The notes beneath the pieces are model-generated. The model did not search any database. It was not told the origin of the DNA and saw nothing but the letters and a program-made list of their open reading frames with translations. This document shows positions 22,108-32,555 of a stretch of 64,000 nucleotides of DNA, in pieces. A program made the position numbers and the translations under genes. Each line of letters opens with the position of its first letter. Position 1 is the stretch's first letter. The DNA comes from Andalucia godoyi And28 (lineage: Eukaryota; Protista; Jakobida): the NCBI GenBank assembly GCA_009859145.1, contig VRVR01000010.1, positions 287,851 through 351,850 on the forward strand, given 5' to 3'.

Positions 22108-23354
22108 CCCAGCGCACTCACGCCCATATTTGAATAAAAGAGTGAAACCAAAAAAAGTGAAACCAACGAATGATAGAATAGATGGCTATGGATGCTGCGC
22201 TAAAGAGTGTCGAAAATGCGGAGCCTGTGTCACAGCTGAATTTTGGCCGAGCGTGCGTAAGCACGAATTCCCTGTGAAACAAACGTGCTGGTTGTCGGCC
22301 AGTATTGACCGTGTCTGTTTATGTATACTTCCGTATGCATGACAATGACGTGCTATTATTCAACGGTCAGGTAAAATGGTCCCGACTTGCATCCGCATTC
22401 GAGATTCGAAATCCGAGATTGCATTTCCCCCTTCTGACTTTTGCTCGGCCCAATCGAAACGAATCGACGGTCCGTTACAACTTGCACGCACCTTGAGCAG
22501 CGATGCTGCTGACAATACCGCGAGTGCATCTTCGGCTCCTGTTCTCTTCAGATCCAAAAAAAAAAAAAAAAGGAAAAAGACACGTCATCGTCGATTGTGC
22601 TGTATATGCTTTCTCGCTGGTCTAAATTCCGAAAGCAGATCCGAGATGCTCGTTCATTGTTGATCAGCAGAGACTGGACTTCCCCTGTTGACACCCGATG
22701 TTAATAAGCGTTTTACTATATACGACGACACGTATGCGCGCTTTTGTGCAAAAACATAAGGTTTCATTTTTTTTTTTTGTGTTTGTGTTGTGTGGTCGGT
22801 TTTTACAACTGGCGAAGTGGATCCAACAACATCACAAATGACAAGTCCATCATCACATCATGGACGCGTGGTGGAGCGGCCGACGCATGTGGCCGTCTTC
22901 GATGTGTCCCATGGAGCATATATCTCCCAAGACATTTCCAAACTCATTTTTCCAGTCGTGCTGGCTCTGTGAGTGCGACATGGACCAGTCTTGCGTCTGT
23001 CTTGCAGTCTGAACCCTTTCCTGCGTGAAAGGAACGTCGGATCCTTGACGATCCATGTTGCCGAAATCCCGTTCGCGGTTCATTCTTTTTTGATTATCTG
23101 TGGAAGCTGCTGTTGTTTAGCGTTGTGGTTTAAAGTGAACACAAAAGCAGAAAAGAAAGAAGAAGAAAAAAAAGTTTCTTGTCGCGAGTATAAAAGAAAA
23201 GAAAGTGACAACACTGTTGAAGAAAGAAAACAAACTACTATACAAAAAGTACGGCAAGTTGCAGTTACCGCAGTTCAACAAGCACAACACCAGTTCGCAC
23301 AAAACCCCCCAATAAAAACAAACGTAGCACTCCGAAAGAAGAGAAATGCACAAA

Positions 23355-24227
23355 TTACCCGCGTGGGAGTTCCAGCAGCCGCTGTTTCGGATCTGCAGCA
23401 ATTATGCGGTATGACTGCTCGGGAAGACGTGCGCCAGCCCGGACACAGTCGGTGATCCAGCGCGGATTCACGACCATCGGGCTTTGCACTGCGTTTCTCG
23501 GAGCGCTCGTCAAGGACTTTCGAGCTCTGTCTTCCTTGGAACTTGCCAAGTTGGTGGCAAATATATGTGTAGTCGAGCGTTTCAGAGGATACAAGACCAC
23601 AGAGCCTCCGTGGACTTGAAAAATCTTCTGCAAATGATACAAACTCAGCTCCGTACTGATTGTTCCACCGTCGAAGTATCCCACAATCCCTTCAAACAGC
23701 AGCTTCTGAGGTGCATGTTCATCTCCTCGCTCTGGCTCTTGTTTTTCTGGAACGGAGGAGTCCTCGAGACGAGAAGCAGTGCCATGCGGTCGAATGAGGT
23801 TTCCGTAAAGCTCGGTATCGGGTCTCTGGTTTTCGAGTTTTGCATGACGATGCTGGAAGTATCGCGTTCCACGTGCGCCCCTGGACTCTGCAGATGCAGA
23901 GGGTCCATGCTGAAAGGCTATCCCTCCCAGGAATGGATGCTGGATTTCAGCGATGGACGCAGACGAACTTGCTGCTGTTTTCGATCTCTTTGCGGACGGG
24001 AGGCCGCTTGCGCCAGAGCAGCTGCCGTTGCCTCGGGCCGATTTTTGTATCGTTTGACAATAGCGGTTTTGCGGCCCAAGCGCAGAGAACGTGCTTGCGG
24101 TCTTTTGCATGCGGTTTTGTTCCGTGGACACGACCTGCGTCAGCACTGTGAATTCTTCATTGGCATCGGCGGCGTTGTCGTCGTCGTTGTTATTGTTGTT
24201 GTCTCTGGGGGAGTGTCTGCCGCTCAT
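23355..24227 (-). CDS. BRCT-domain protein resembling the REV1 N-terminal region, no polymerase domain, 290 aa
   Basis: YFQHRHAKLENQ, LFEGIVGYFDG, HGG, TTHIFATNL, VVNPRWITDCVRAGARLP. Confidence 0.75.
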   Translation of the reverse strand: MSGRHSPRDNNNNNDDDNAADANEEFTVLTQVVSTEQNRMQKTASTFSALGPQNRYCQTIQKSARGNGSCSGASGLPSAKRSKTAASSSASIAEIQHPFLGGIAFQHGPSASAESRGARGTRYFQHRHAKLENQRPDTELYGNLIRPHGTASRLEDSSVPEKQEPERGDEHAPQKLLFEGIVGYFDGGTISTELSLYHLQKIFQVHGGSVVLYPLKRSTTHIFATNLASSKEDRARKSLTSAPRNAVQSPMVVNPRWITDCVRAGARLPEQSYRIIAADPKQRLLELPRG

Positions 24228-24572
24228 TCAGCGTGTTCAGTGCGGAGATCCCTTTCGCGGAGGACGGGAGGAGGAAAGGGGACGCAAGGTCTGGTGCCGA
24301 GTCGCGCAGAAACAAAACCAAAACATATTAAAGCAGAATCAAGCAAGAACAAACCAGAAATTTGTCATTGCCGCCGAACGCTGATCTGGCGGGAGCAAGA
24401 AGGAGCACATCAAAATTCAGAGATGGGGAATGACAGGTCCTAAAAGCATTCTGTCCAGTGTCACTGTCCTCTGCACTGACGTCTTTTCTTTTCTTGGCAT
24501 TTGGGTCCTTGGTTGGTGATGCGAAAAAAGCGGCAGTTTTCTGAAGGTTAGCGGGCTGACAAGGCACTGCAA

Positions 24573-26221
24573 CAGTTGGCTAGCGGCCGCTAGCGGTGGC
24601 AGGTAATCATCAAACTACTGCACCTATTTGAAGTGATCGCACAAAGAAATCTTTATTATTGGTCACAAAGACGATTTCGAATTGAAGGGCATCAATTGGA
24701 GTCGTCGATTTCCGAGGAAACTTGCGAATGTGAGGAGCGAACAGCTATGTTTGCTGGTGCTCCATCCATTTCCTCGAGAGCCATATACGCTTTTTTGTGT
24801 CAGACAGAGCCGCATCCGGAATGCAGCTCTCGTAATTACCTCGGATTAGCAACATGTTGCTAAACGGTTCGTGGAAGTCGTCGTCGGCGCCTGTCAGAGA
24901 TACATTGCCCAGAGACCGAAAAGACTCGACTTCCACTATCTTACTCTTTTTTGATATTCCAGCAAGTCTCTCGCTGCTTTGTTGCTGCGATTGAAAAATT
25001 CAATGAGCTTCTTTGCTCTGTCGACGATCTGCTGCAAAATTGGGTTGTCAAATGCTCCCTGGACTGCCAGCTGCAGTGTGTGAATGAAGCAGCGAGAGTG
25101 TGGCAGTCCTGCGTTGACTATTGCATTCACCTGAACATCGGCATTGTCTGAAGTCACAGAAACAACTTGCTCCTTTGTAATACCGTATTCTGACAAACAC
25201 TGATCCAGCGAAGTGGTCAGAACATCAGTCGATTCCGATGAGGACATGCATTTAAGCAGCAGCGAAACCATTCGAAACTTTTTTCATCAATGAAGTGTCC
25301 GGTCGCGGCAACGTAATGATGCCCACTCTTTGAGGGCCATCCATCAGTCGTGAGTGCCACTCCGAAAGCTCCAAGAAAGCGCGATTGAGTGGCTCCCTTG
25401 ACTTGGGTCGCAAGGTGCGGAGTCAATTTTTCTGTTAAAGTCTTTCGATCTGGAAATTTGAATTTGGGCTCCAGTTTCCTTACAAAATTCTGAAATCCCA
25501 CGTCCTTGACGGGAGAAAGTGGTTGCAGATCACGACAAACCAGAAATGTTAGGGCTTCGTTCAGTTCTCTTTGCCGAGCTGGAGGGAGTGGTTTCCAGAT
25601 AGTATCGAGGCTTAAAGAACTTTCTGATTTCTGGTTCCCATCAAGAAAGTCGGAAACATGGCAATTTTCCAAATGATCTTGCAACTTTTCTGTGCTCGGC
25701 TTTGAGAACGAATACTTTCTTGGAGCTTCTTGTAAGCGGAATACACACAAAGCACAATGCACGTCGTCCATTTCTTTTCCACGAAAGACCAATTCCTCAT
25801 CGCTTGACGGAGTTACACCAAAAATCTCCACACAAACGACGCGCGGCCTGCAGTATCAACTGGGATCAACGGATACTTTGGATGATAACGCACGACTGGC
25901 AAGTCCCAGCTAAACGCCTCCGCTCGTCGCTGTTCAGGGGAGCGAGATTTACACAACTTACTCGCTTCAGCCTTGAGTTCACAAATGGTTGGCTTTGACA
26001 TTGTACCGTAGTGTCAGCAAGATTGCATGTGAAAAAGTTAAAACGATGTCCAAAAGAAAGTATAAACGGAGTGAAGAAAGTCAAAATTTGACCGCAGTTG
26101 GCGCCAGCGAAGAGCGGGAAAACTACAGTCAGTGAGATTGTTTTTCGCCAGCGGTGACGAATTCCGCAGCCGTCTTCAATGGCAGGTTTCCGCTGTCGTA
26201 CCCCCGCTAGCCGCAACACTA
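24573..26221 (-). mobile_element. Degenerate hAT DNA transposon, about 1.65 kb, 3'-truncated transposase
   Basis: Right end (minus) TAGTGTTGCGGCTAGCGG vs left end CAGTTGGCTAGCGG; flanks GCACTGCAA (24564-24572) and GCATGCAA (26222-26229) resemble an 8-bp TSD with one indel; AGCGG/CCGCT subterminal motifs. Confidence 0.75.
24936..26001 (-). pseudogene. BED-finger hAT transposase pseudogene (at least two frameshifts; RW motif, catalytic Glu and dimerisation domain not seen)
   Basis: VWRF...HCALC...HLENCH BED finger, DLQPLSPVKDVGF, TTDGW (Asp1), VTSDNA (Asp2), RCFIHTLQLAV (CxxH). Confidence 0.9.
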
Positions 26222-26463
26222 GCATGCAATGTTGCACACAACCCTCGTCGCAACACTATCCTTTGTTGCACGACGCCTTTGGCGACTTGACCTTTGTGGA
26301 AAACACTTTGGCTTGCACAGTTCGCCAAAGCCTCTCCCCCTTCTTTTCAATATTTTTTCTTCTCGATTTCCTCTCGTCGTTCTTTGTTCAGACAGTTTTC
26401 TTGATTTTCTTTACAAATTTTATTTTAAAAAAAATAATATTGTCGATTGGCTTATCTCGTGAA

Positions 26464-29400
26464 ATGCAGCGTCGAGAATACGATAGCCACCCAGACGACC
26501 ACCGTCGTCCGCCACGTGACGACCGTGACTATGACCGTCCTCGAGGTCCACCCAGAGATGACCGCGATTATGATCGTCCACGTGGTCCTCCGCGTGACGA
26601 CCGCGACTATGACCGCCGCAATGAACGCGACTATGACCGTCCTCGAGGTCCACCCAGAGATGACCGCGATTATGATCGTCCACGTGGTCCTCCGCGTGAC
26701 GACCGTGACTATGACCGCCGCAATGACCGCGACTATGACCGTCCTCGAGGTCCACCCAGAGATGACCGCGACTATGACCGTCCTCGAGGTCCACCCAGAG
26801 ATGACCGCGATTATGATCGTCCTCGAGGTCCTCCACGAGATGACCGCGACTATGACCGCCGCACTGACCGTGATTATGACCGTCCTCGAGGCCCACCCAG
26901 AGATGACCGCGACTATGACCGTCCTCGAGGCCCGCCAAGAGATGGTGACAGACGTGATTTCGGTGGCCGAGGCAGTGGGCGTGACTTCCAGCGCCAAGAT
27001 CGCGGTGGATTCAACCGAGGCGGTCCTGCTTCCGCTGGCGGACTTGAGCGATTCACTCCGGATGAAACTTGCATGATTTCCCAGGGTCCCGTGGACGTGG
27101 TTACCAACTTCTTCAAGGTTGTCATCAAGAAAGGAAAGATCTTGCGATACGACATCATGTTCTTCATTCCTGCGGATCCCGAGCGTGACAGACCAAACGC
27201 TGTTCCAATCGAGACCCTGTCCAAGGGCAAGACCGCAGCGCTGTTTGAGAAGCTCCGACACCAGCATGCTGCTGTTCTTGGTTTCTGTGCTTTTGACGGT
27301 TCTCGTCAAATCTACACCACTCGTGAGCTTCCAGAGGTCTTGACGGTTGACATTACTGAACGAAGGAAGATCGACCTCCAGTTTACCAAGGTTTCCGAGC
27401 TCAGCTTCAACTCGGACACCATTCCGGGCGAGTTCGCTGGAGATCTTCATACCGCTTTGGAGCTTTTTGTTCGCAAACTTGTGGTGGATTCCGACGAATC
27501 CGGGAAATGGGAAACCAAGCGGTCCGCCATGTTGCGTATGGCGGATCGTCACCGCTTCGATGGGACCGACATCGTTCGTATCCCGGCATTTGTTCACAGA
27601 TTTTTATTCCGCGATGCGGGTGTGTTTTTCAATGTCGATTATCGATTCTTTTTCAGTTTCCAGGGAGCAACTTTGGCAGACTGTTTGCTGTATTACGCAA
27701 AGTCTTTGGGGGCACGCGTCAATGTCTCTCCGCCTCTTGATTCCGAAGCTGCAAAGGCAGCATACGAGACCGGCTCAGTGGACCGCCAGCGGATTGACGC
27801 TCTCGCAGAGATCTTCCGCAACTCCCACGAAAACAAGCGTTTGATTGATGTGCTGATCAAGGGTTTTAAGAATTTTTTGATCATGCCACGTCATTCGAGC
27901 GGAAAAGGAAAGGCTGCGGCGCCGGTCCGCATCCACGGGATCGCGCTTCGTGAGACTGCCAGGAGCAAGAAATTCGAACTTCGCACTCGGGGCGCGGAAA
28001 ATGAGCCTGGCCGAATCCTGTCTGTGGAGGAGTACTTCTCTGAAAAATACGACAGAAAGTTGCTCCATGCGGATGTTCTCCCTCTCGTCGCTTTCAAAAT
28101 GGATTCGCAAGGAGGAAAGCGACGCAAGGGTGGCGAAAGCCGAAGCGGAAGGACGGATGGCGGCTACCAATACCTGCCCATTGAAGTTTGTTTTGTTCTC
28201 GGCGGATCGTACGCGCGTCCTTTGGCTGGCGGAGATCGTGAGTTGATGACGCGTGCTTCCTCCGTTCCCGTCTCCGAACGTCTCAAGAAGATTTTCCAGC
28301 ACGTGAATCTCTTGCAAACATTTGATGTTGATGGTGGTGCTGTCCAATTGGATATTCAGAAGACACCCGTCCAAGTTCAGGGCCGAGTTCTTCCAGCTCC
28401 GACAGTGCTGTACAACACAACAGTGCAGCCGCGAAATGGAGAGTGGCGTTTGCAAGGCGTTCCTTTCTTCAAGCCTCTTCGAGATGATCTTGATCTGCTG
28501 ATAATGATGCCCGATGACCTTGAGCGTGATCATCGCCGTCCAATTGATACGCTCAATGATGTTGCTCGAGAGCGACGCATGTTGTTTAAGCGCACCATTG
28601 CAGAATTTTATTCGAAGAATGACACTCATGGCGAGTGTATTGTTGAGAAGTTGCGTGCGTTTGCTGCAAGAGGCCATTTGAATCCATCGAGTACAGTTGC
28701 GCTTATTGTTGTTCCCAAGCGCGACACGCAGCGATACAACTCTGTGAAGGCTCTTTGCGATGTTGAGCTTGGGCTTGCGACACAGTTGATTACGGCAGAG
28801 CGTTTCCGAATGTGCAAAGCAGCCATTTTCGCCAACGTGCTGGCAGCAATCAACGTCAAGGCACCAGCCCTTCGCGCCGATGGGATGGGCGAGAATCAGT
28901 ATGTCGACGATGCGTTGATCACGAGCGATACTTGTTTTGTTGGAATAGACGTGTATCATTCGGCCGTTGGTCAAAGCAGACGATCGGAAGCAGGATTTTC
29001 TGCATCGATTAATGCCCACTCTTCGCAGTACTACTCCACCCACCGATCGCAAACAGCTCGCACGGAGTTTGTGGCCTCGATCAATGACATGATGTACGAG
29101 TTCCTTGAAGCGGCACATGGAAGACTTGGCGTGAAGCCATTCTCGCGGTTTGTCATTATTCGCGATGGTCTGTCGGACTCTCAGTTTGGAATGGGTCTTG
29201 ATGAACTTCAAAAGATGCGTGAGACCGTGCAATCTTTCTACGACGCACTTCATGCAAAGGATGGAGGTGCTGGCGCCGCGAAGCCGTGCGAGTTCGTTCT
29301 CATGATTGCACAGAAGCGTAATCCCGCCCGCTTTGCAGTCTATGAGAACAACAAGTACAAGAACTGCCCTCCAGGAACTGTTGTCGACAAGGATATCGTT

Positions 29401-29748
29401 GAGTCCTCCCGTGCGTTCTATCTCGTCTCTTACAATGCTCTTCATAATTCTCCTCGACCGACGTACTTTGTTGTGCTTGTGAACGAAGCCAACATTGGAA
29501 TACAGGATCTGCAGCGAGTTGCATACAAGCTATCGCATTTACATCCCGGGTGTTCGCGTGCAGTGAAGCTTCCCATGCCGCTGTACAACGCGCACAAGAT
29601 TGCCAATCGTGTCGGAGGCATTTACACCCCCGGCCGCGAAGACCTGCACGACGATACCCGCTCCGAGAGTTCAATGACGTCAACCGACACTGCCGATTCT
29701 GTGTTCGGGGTTGCGGAGCAGTTGAAGCACACTGGCTTCTTCCTGTGA
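26464..29748 (+). CDS. Argonaute/PIWI-family protein, 1094 aa, with PIWI-like C-terminal motifs (start MQRREY at 26464)
   Basis: PAZ (SVEEYFSEKY...YLPIEVC), MID (RYNSVKALC...TQLI...NVK), PIWI GIDVYH / RTEF / IIRDG / YNAHKIA = D-E-D-H, C-terminal FFL. Confidence 0.92.
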   Translation: MQRREYDSHPDDHRRPPRDDRDYDRPRGPPRDDRDYDRPRGPPRDDRDYDRRNERDYDRPRGPPRDDRDYDRPRGPPRDDRDYDRRNDRDYDRPRGPPRDDRDYDRPRGPPRDDRDYDRPRGPPRDDRDYDRRTDRDYDRPRGPPRDDRDYDRPRGPPRDGDRRDFGGRGSGRDFQRQDRGGFNRGGPASAGGLERFTPDETCMISQGPVDVVTNFFKVVIKKGKILRYDIMFFIPADPERDRPNAVPIETLSKGKTAALFEKLRHQHAAVLGFCAFDGSRQIYTTRELPEVLTVDITERRKIDLQFTKVSELSFNSDTIPGEFAGDLHTALELFVRKLVVDSDESGKWETKRSAMLRMADRHRFDGTDIVRIPAFVHRFLFRDAGVFFNVDYRFFFSFQGATLADCLLYYAKSLGARVNVSPPLDSEAAKAAYETGSVDRQRIDALAEIFRNSHENKRLIDVLIKGFKNFLIMPRHSSGKGKAAAPVRIHGIALRETARSKKFELRTRGAENEPGRILSVEEYFSEKYDRKLLHADVLPLVAFKMDSQGGKRRKGGESRSGRTDGGYQYLPIEVCFVLGGSYARPLAGGDRELMTRASSVPVSERLKKIFQHVNLLQTFDVDGGAVQLDIQKTPVQVQGRVLPAPTVLYNTTVQPRNGEWRLQGVPFFKPLRDDLDLLIMMPDDLERDHRRPIDTLNDVARERRMLFKRTIAEFYSKNDTHGECIVEKLRAFAARGHLNPSSTVALIVVPKRDTQRYNSVKALCDVELGLATQLITAERFRMCKAAIFANVLAAINVKAPALRADGMGENQYVDDALITSDTCFVGIDVYHSAVGQSRRSEAGFSASINAHSSQYYSTHRSQTARTEFVASINDMMYEFLEAAHGRLGVKPFSRFVIIRDGLSDSQFGMGLDELQKMRETVQSFYDALHAKDGGAGAAKPCEFVLMIAQKRNPARFAVYENNKYKNCPPGTVVDKDIVESSRAFYLVSYNALHNSPRPTYFVVLVNEANIGIQDLQRVAYKLSHLHPGCSRAVKLPMPLYNAHKIANRVGGIYTPGREDLHDDTRSESSMTSTDTADSVFGVAEQLKHTGFFL
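26518..26940 (+). repeat. Coding tandem repeat: 39-nt DDRDYDRPRGPPR units interspersed with DDRDYDRR(N/T)(E/D) units
   Basis: 9 copies of RDYDRPRGPPR and 12 of RDYDR counted in the translation. Confidence 0.97.
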
Positions 29749-30191
29749 GGCAGTGGCGACAAGAGACAGAGAACCGAATCACAGAGATGAGAAAGTCTGC
29801 TGTGCGACGCTATGTTCCTCTACATGTTCTCGTTGTTGTCGTGTCTCTTCATTCATTCATTTATTTGGTCACCCGATGGTCTTCGTGATATGTGTCTAGA
29901 TGCCCTTGCATCTGTTTACTTTTCCCTTCATTCTGGGGCGTTGTTGCACCTCCTTTGGATTTTTGGTGTAAAAAAAAAGCTTGATCATGTAGCATCAACT
30001 CCGTAGTCTCAAAACCGCAACAAAGGTCAAAATCATTCTTGCCTGCTGTTCCTCTTTTCCTCCAACAATTTATTATGATTACGATTCTGTTATTTTAAAA
30101 AAATAAAAATAAAATAATAAATAGTAATTATTATTCTTAATATTGGCTTTTTGCTACCGTTGTTATTGTGGTGTTGCTAGGATATTGTAGG

Positions 30192-32240
30192 ATGTCTGAT
30201 TCTCTGTGTGTGTCGACGATTCGCTGCTTGTCAGCCGATATGGTGGATGCAGCCAACTCCGGGCATCCCGGTATGCCTCTCGGCATGGCTCCTGCGGCGC
30301 ATGTCTTGTTCTCTCGCGGCCACATTTCGTTCGATGCTTCGAATCCGGGGTATCTCAACAGGGACCGGTTTGTGCTTTCAAACGGACACGGCTGTGCGCT
30401 TTTGTACTCCATGCTTCACTTGTGTGGGTACAACGTGACGATGGAGGACCTGAAGAAGTTCCGTCAGCTGGACTCAAAAACTCCTGGACATCCAGAGTGT
30501 TTTGATACCCCGGGTGTCGAGGTCACCACTGGTCCTCTTGGACAGGGTATTGGAAATGCTGTTGGGATTGCGGCAGCAGCAGAGAATTTGGGTGCCCGTT
30601 TCAAGCTTGCGTCCGGAAAACCCCTTGTCGATCACTATACGTATGTGTTTTGCGGAGACGGGTGCTTGATGGAGGGTGTCGCCCTCGAAGCGATCTCTCT
30701 TGCTGGGCACTTGGGGTTGGGAAAGTTGATCATCTTGTACGATGACAATGGGATCACGATTGATGGATCAACCAAGCTGTCCTTCACCGAGGACGTGCGC
30801 AAGCGAGCAGAAGCGTGCGGCTGGCACACTTCTGTTGTTATGAACGGGGACGAGGATTTGGATGCTATTCATAACGCGATTGTGGAAGCAAAGAATGTTT
30901 CTGGAAAGCCTTCTCTTATTTCCCTCAAGACGACGATCGGATATGCCTCGCCTCTTGCCGGCCAGCACAAGGTCCATGGAGCTCCGCTCGGAAAGGACAA
31001 CACGAAGAAATTGAAGAAGACTCTTGGTTTCGATGAAGAAAAGTCTTTCGTCGTTCCAGAGGAGGTTTATGCAGCTTACCGCAAAGTTGCAGAAGCTGGA
31101 AAACAGCGAGCTGCAGAGTGGCAGGCGGAGGTACAGAGGACGCTGGATGCGAATTCAGACGGCCTTCAGGATCTGCGGTCCATTCTGAATCCAAATTGGG
31201 AAGCATTGACGAAGCAGGTCGAGGCTGCACTTCCCAAATGGTCAACGAATGACAAGCCCGTGGCGACTCGAAAGGCTTCTGAGCGCTGTTTGGAATGCAT
31301 TATGCCGTGCCTGCCGCAAATGGTTGGTGGTTCTGCGGATCTGACGCCTTCCAACTTGACGTTTGTTCCTGGTGCAAAGGATTTCCAAAAGGAATCGTAT
31401 GATGGCCGTTACTTCCGCTTTGGAGTTCGTGAACATGCCATGGCTGCGTTTGCCAATGGCGTGTCTGCGTACGGAAACAACACACTGATTCCGTACGTGG
31501 GAACGTTTCTTAACTTTATCGGGTATGCTCTTGGGTCCGTTCGACTCTCGGCACTGTCCCATCATCATGTTGTGTACGTTGCAACCCACGATTCCATTGG
31601 TCTGGGCGAGGATGGTCCGACGCATCAGCCAATCGAAATCGTTGCTGCCCTTCGTGCCACTCCGAACATGTTGATGTTCCGTCCTGCAGATGCCAACGAG
31701 ACCGCGGGTTCCTACTTCCAGGCTGTTATGGTCAACCAGCACTATCCATCCGTATTGGCACTCTCTCGTCAGGAAGTGCCAATTCTTGAGGGATCGTCTG
31801 CTGGAAAAGTTGCTCTTGGTGCGTACGTTTTGAACACATTTGGTGGCGCCGCGGATGCAAAGCCCACCGTGATTTTGGCAGGAACGGGAACAGAGGTCTC
31901 GCTTTGCGTTGACGCTGCAAAAGCGCTTGCTTCAGAAGGTTTTGTTGTTCGTGTTGTTTCAATGCCTTCGTGGGAGTTGTTCGAGCGACAGTCTCTCGAG
32001 TATCGTGGATCTGTTTTCCTTGCCGGCGTGCCTGTCGTTGCTTGCGAAGCTCTTTCCACCTTTGGCTGGTCCAAGTATTCTCATGCCCAGGTTGGCATGG
32101 TCACTTTCGGAGCATCTGGTCCGTTCAAGGACGTCTACAAGAAATTCGGAATCACGGCAGAGAATGTTGCTGCAAAGGCACGTCGTGTTGTGGAAGTCTA
32201 CAAGACGACTGCCCCAGTGTTGGTTCACGCAGACCTGTGA
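30192..32240 (+). CDS. TKT: Transketolase, 682 aa
   Basis: NSGHPGMPLG, DRFVLSNGH, TTGPLGQG, GDGCLMEG ThDP motif, THDSIGLGEDGPTHQP. Confidence 0.98.
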   Translation: MSDSLCVSTIRCLSADMVDAANSGHPGMPLGMAPAAHVLFSRGHISFDASNPGYLNRDRFVLSNGHGCALLYSMLHLCGYNVTMEDLKKFRQLDSKTPGHPECFDTPGVEVTTGPLGQGIGNAVGIAAAAENLGARFKLASGKPLVDHYTYVFCGDGCLMEGVALEAISLAGHLGLGKLIILYDDNGITIDGSTKLSFTEDVRKRAEACGWHTSVVMNGDEDLDAIHNAIVEAKNVSGKPSLISLKTTIGYASPLAGQHKVHGAPLGKDNTKKLKKTLGFDEEKSFVVPEEVYAAYRKVAEAGKQRAAEWQAEVQRTLDANSDGLQDLRSILNPNWEALTKQVEAALPKWSTNDKPVATRKASERCLECIMPCLPQMVGGSADLTPSNLTFVPGAKDFQKESYDGRYFRFGVREHAMAAFANGVSAYGNNTLIPYVGTFLNFIGYALGSVRLSALSHHHVVYVATHDSIGLGEDGPTHQPIEIVAALRATPNMLMFRPADANETAGSYFQAVMVNQHYPSVLALSRQEVPILEGSSAGKVALGAYVLNTFGGAADAKPTVILAGTGTEVSLCVDAAKALASEGFVVRVVSMPSWELFERQSLEYRGSVFLAGVPVVACEALSTFGWSKYSHAQVGMVTFGASGPFKDVYKKFGITAENVAAKARRVVEVYKTTAPVLVHADL

Positions 32241-32555
32241 GACCATCTCGTCCGTTCTCTCGCTCGTTTCCAATTTCCTACCGTTGCACCTCAATGAAAA
32301 GATTTGAACTGTTTTTAAACGCAAATACAAAAGAAGAAAAGGGAATAGCCACTCCACCACACTCTACTCGGCACACCACACACACCCCCCCCGCACAAGC
32401 CTTCTTCCTTTCACAGTCAGAATAAGGCATTCCAAAACAACAGGCTCGCAAAAGCTTTTACAAAAATACTAATAATATAATAGAAAGAAAACAGAAGACA
32501 GAAAACAAAACCAAACCAAAAAAAAAAAAAAAAAGAAGAAACGGATGCATTTGCA

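Noticed and set aside
22395-22420. TTCGAGATTCGAAATCC as a tRNA T-arm
   Set aside because: No cloverleaf can be built around it
26179-26463. In-frame ATG inside the hAT end giving PIWI a 95-aa extension
   Set aside because: Crosses the TIR and a T-rich leader that avoids stops by composition; no protein-like signal, though 5' RACE could revisit it
26518-26940. Possible CRISPR-like array
   Set aside because: Units are contiguous with no unique spacers and are in frame within a CDS
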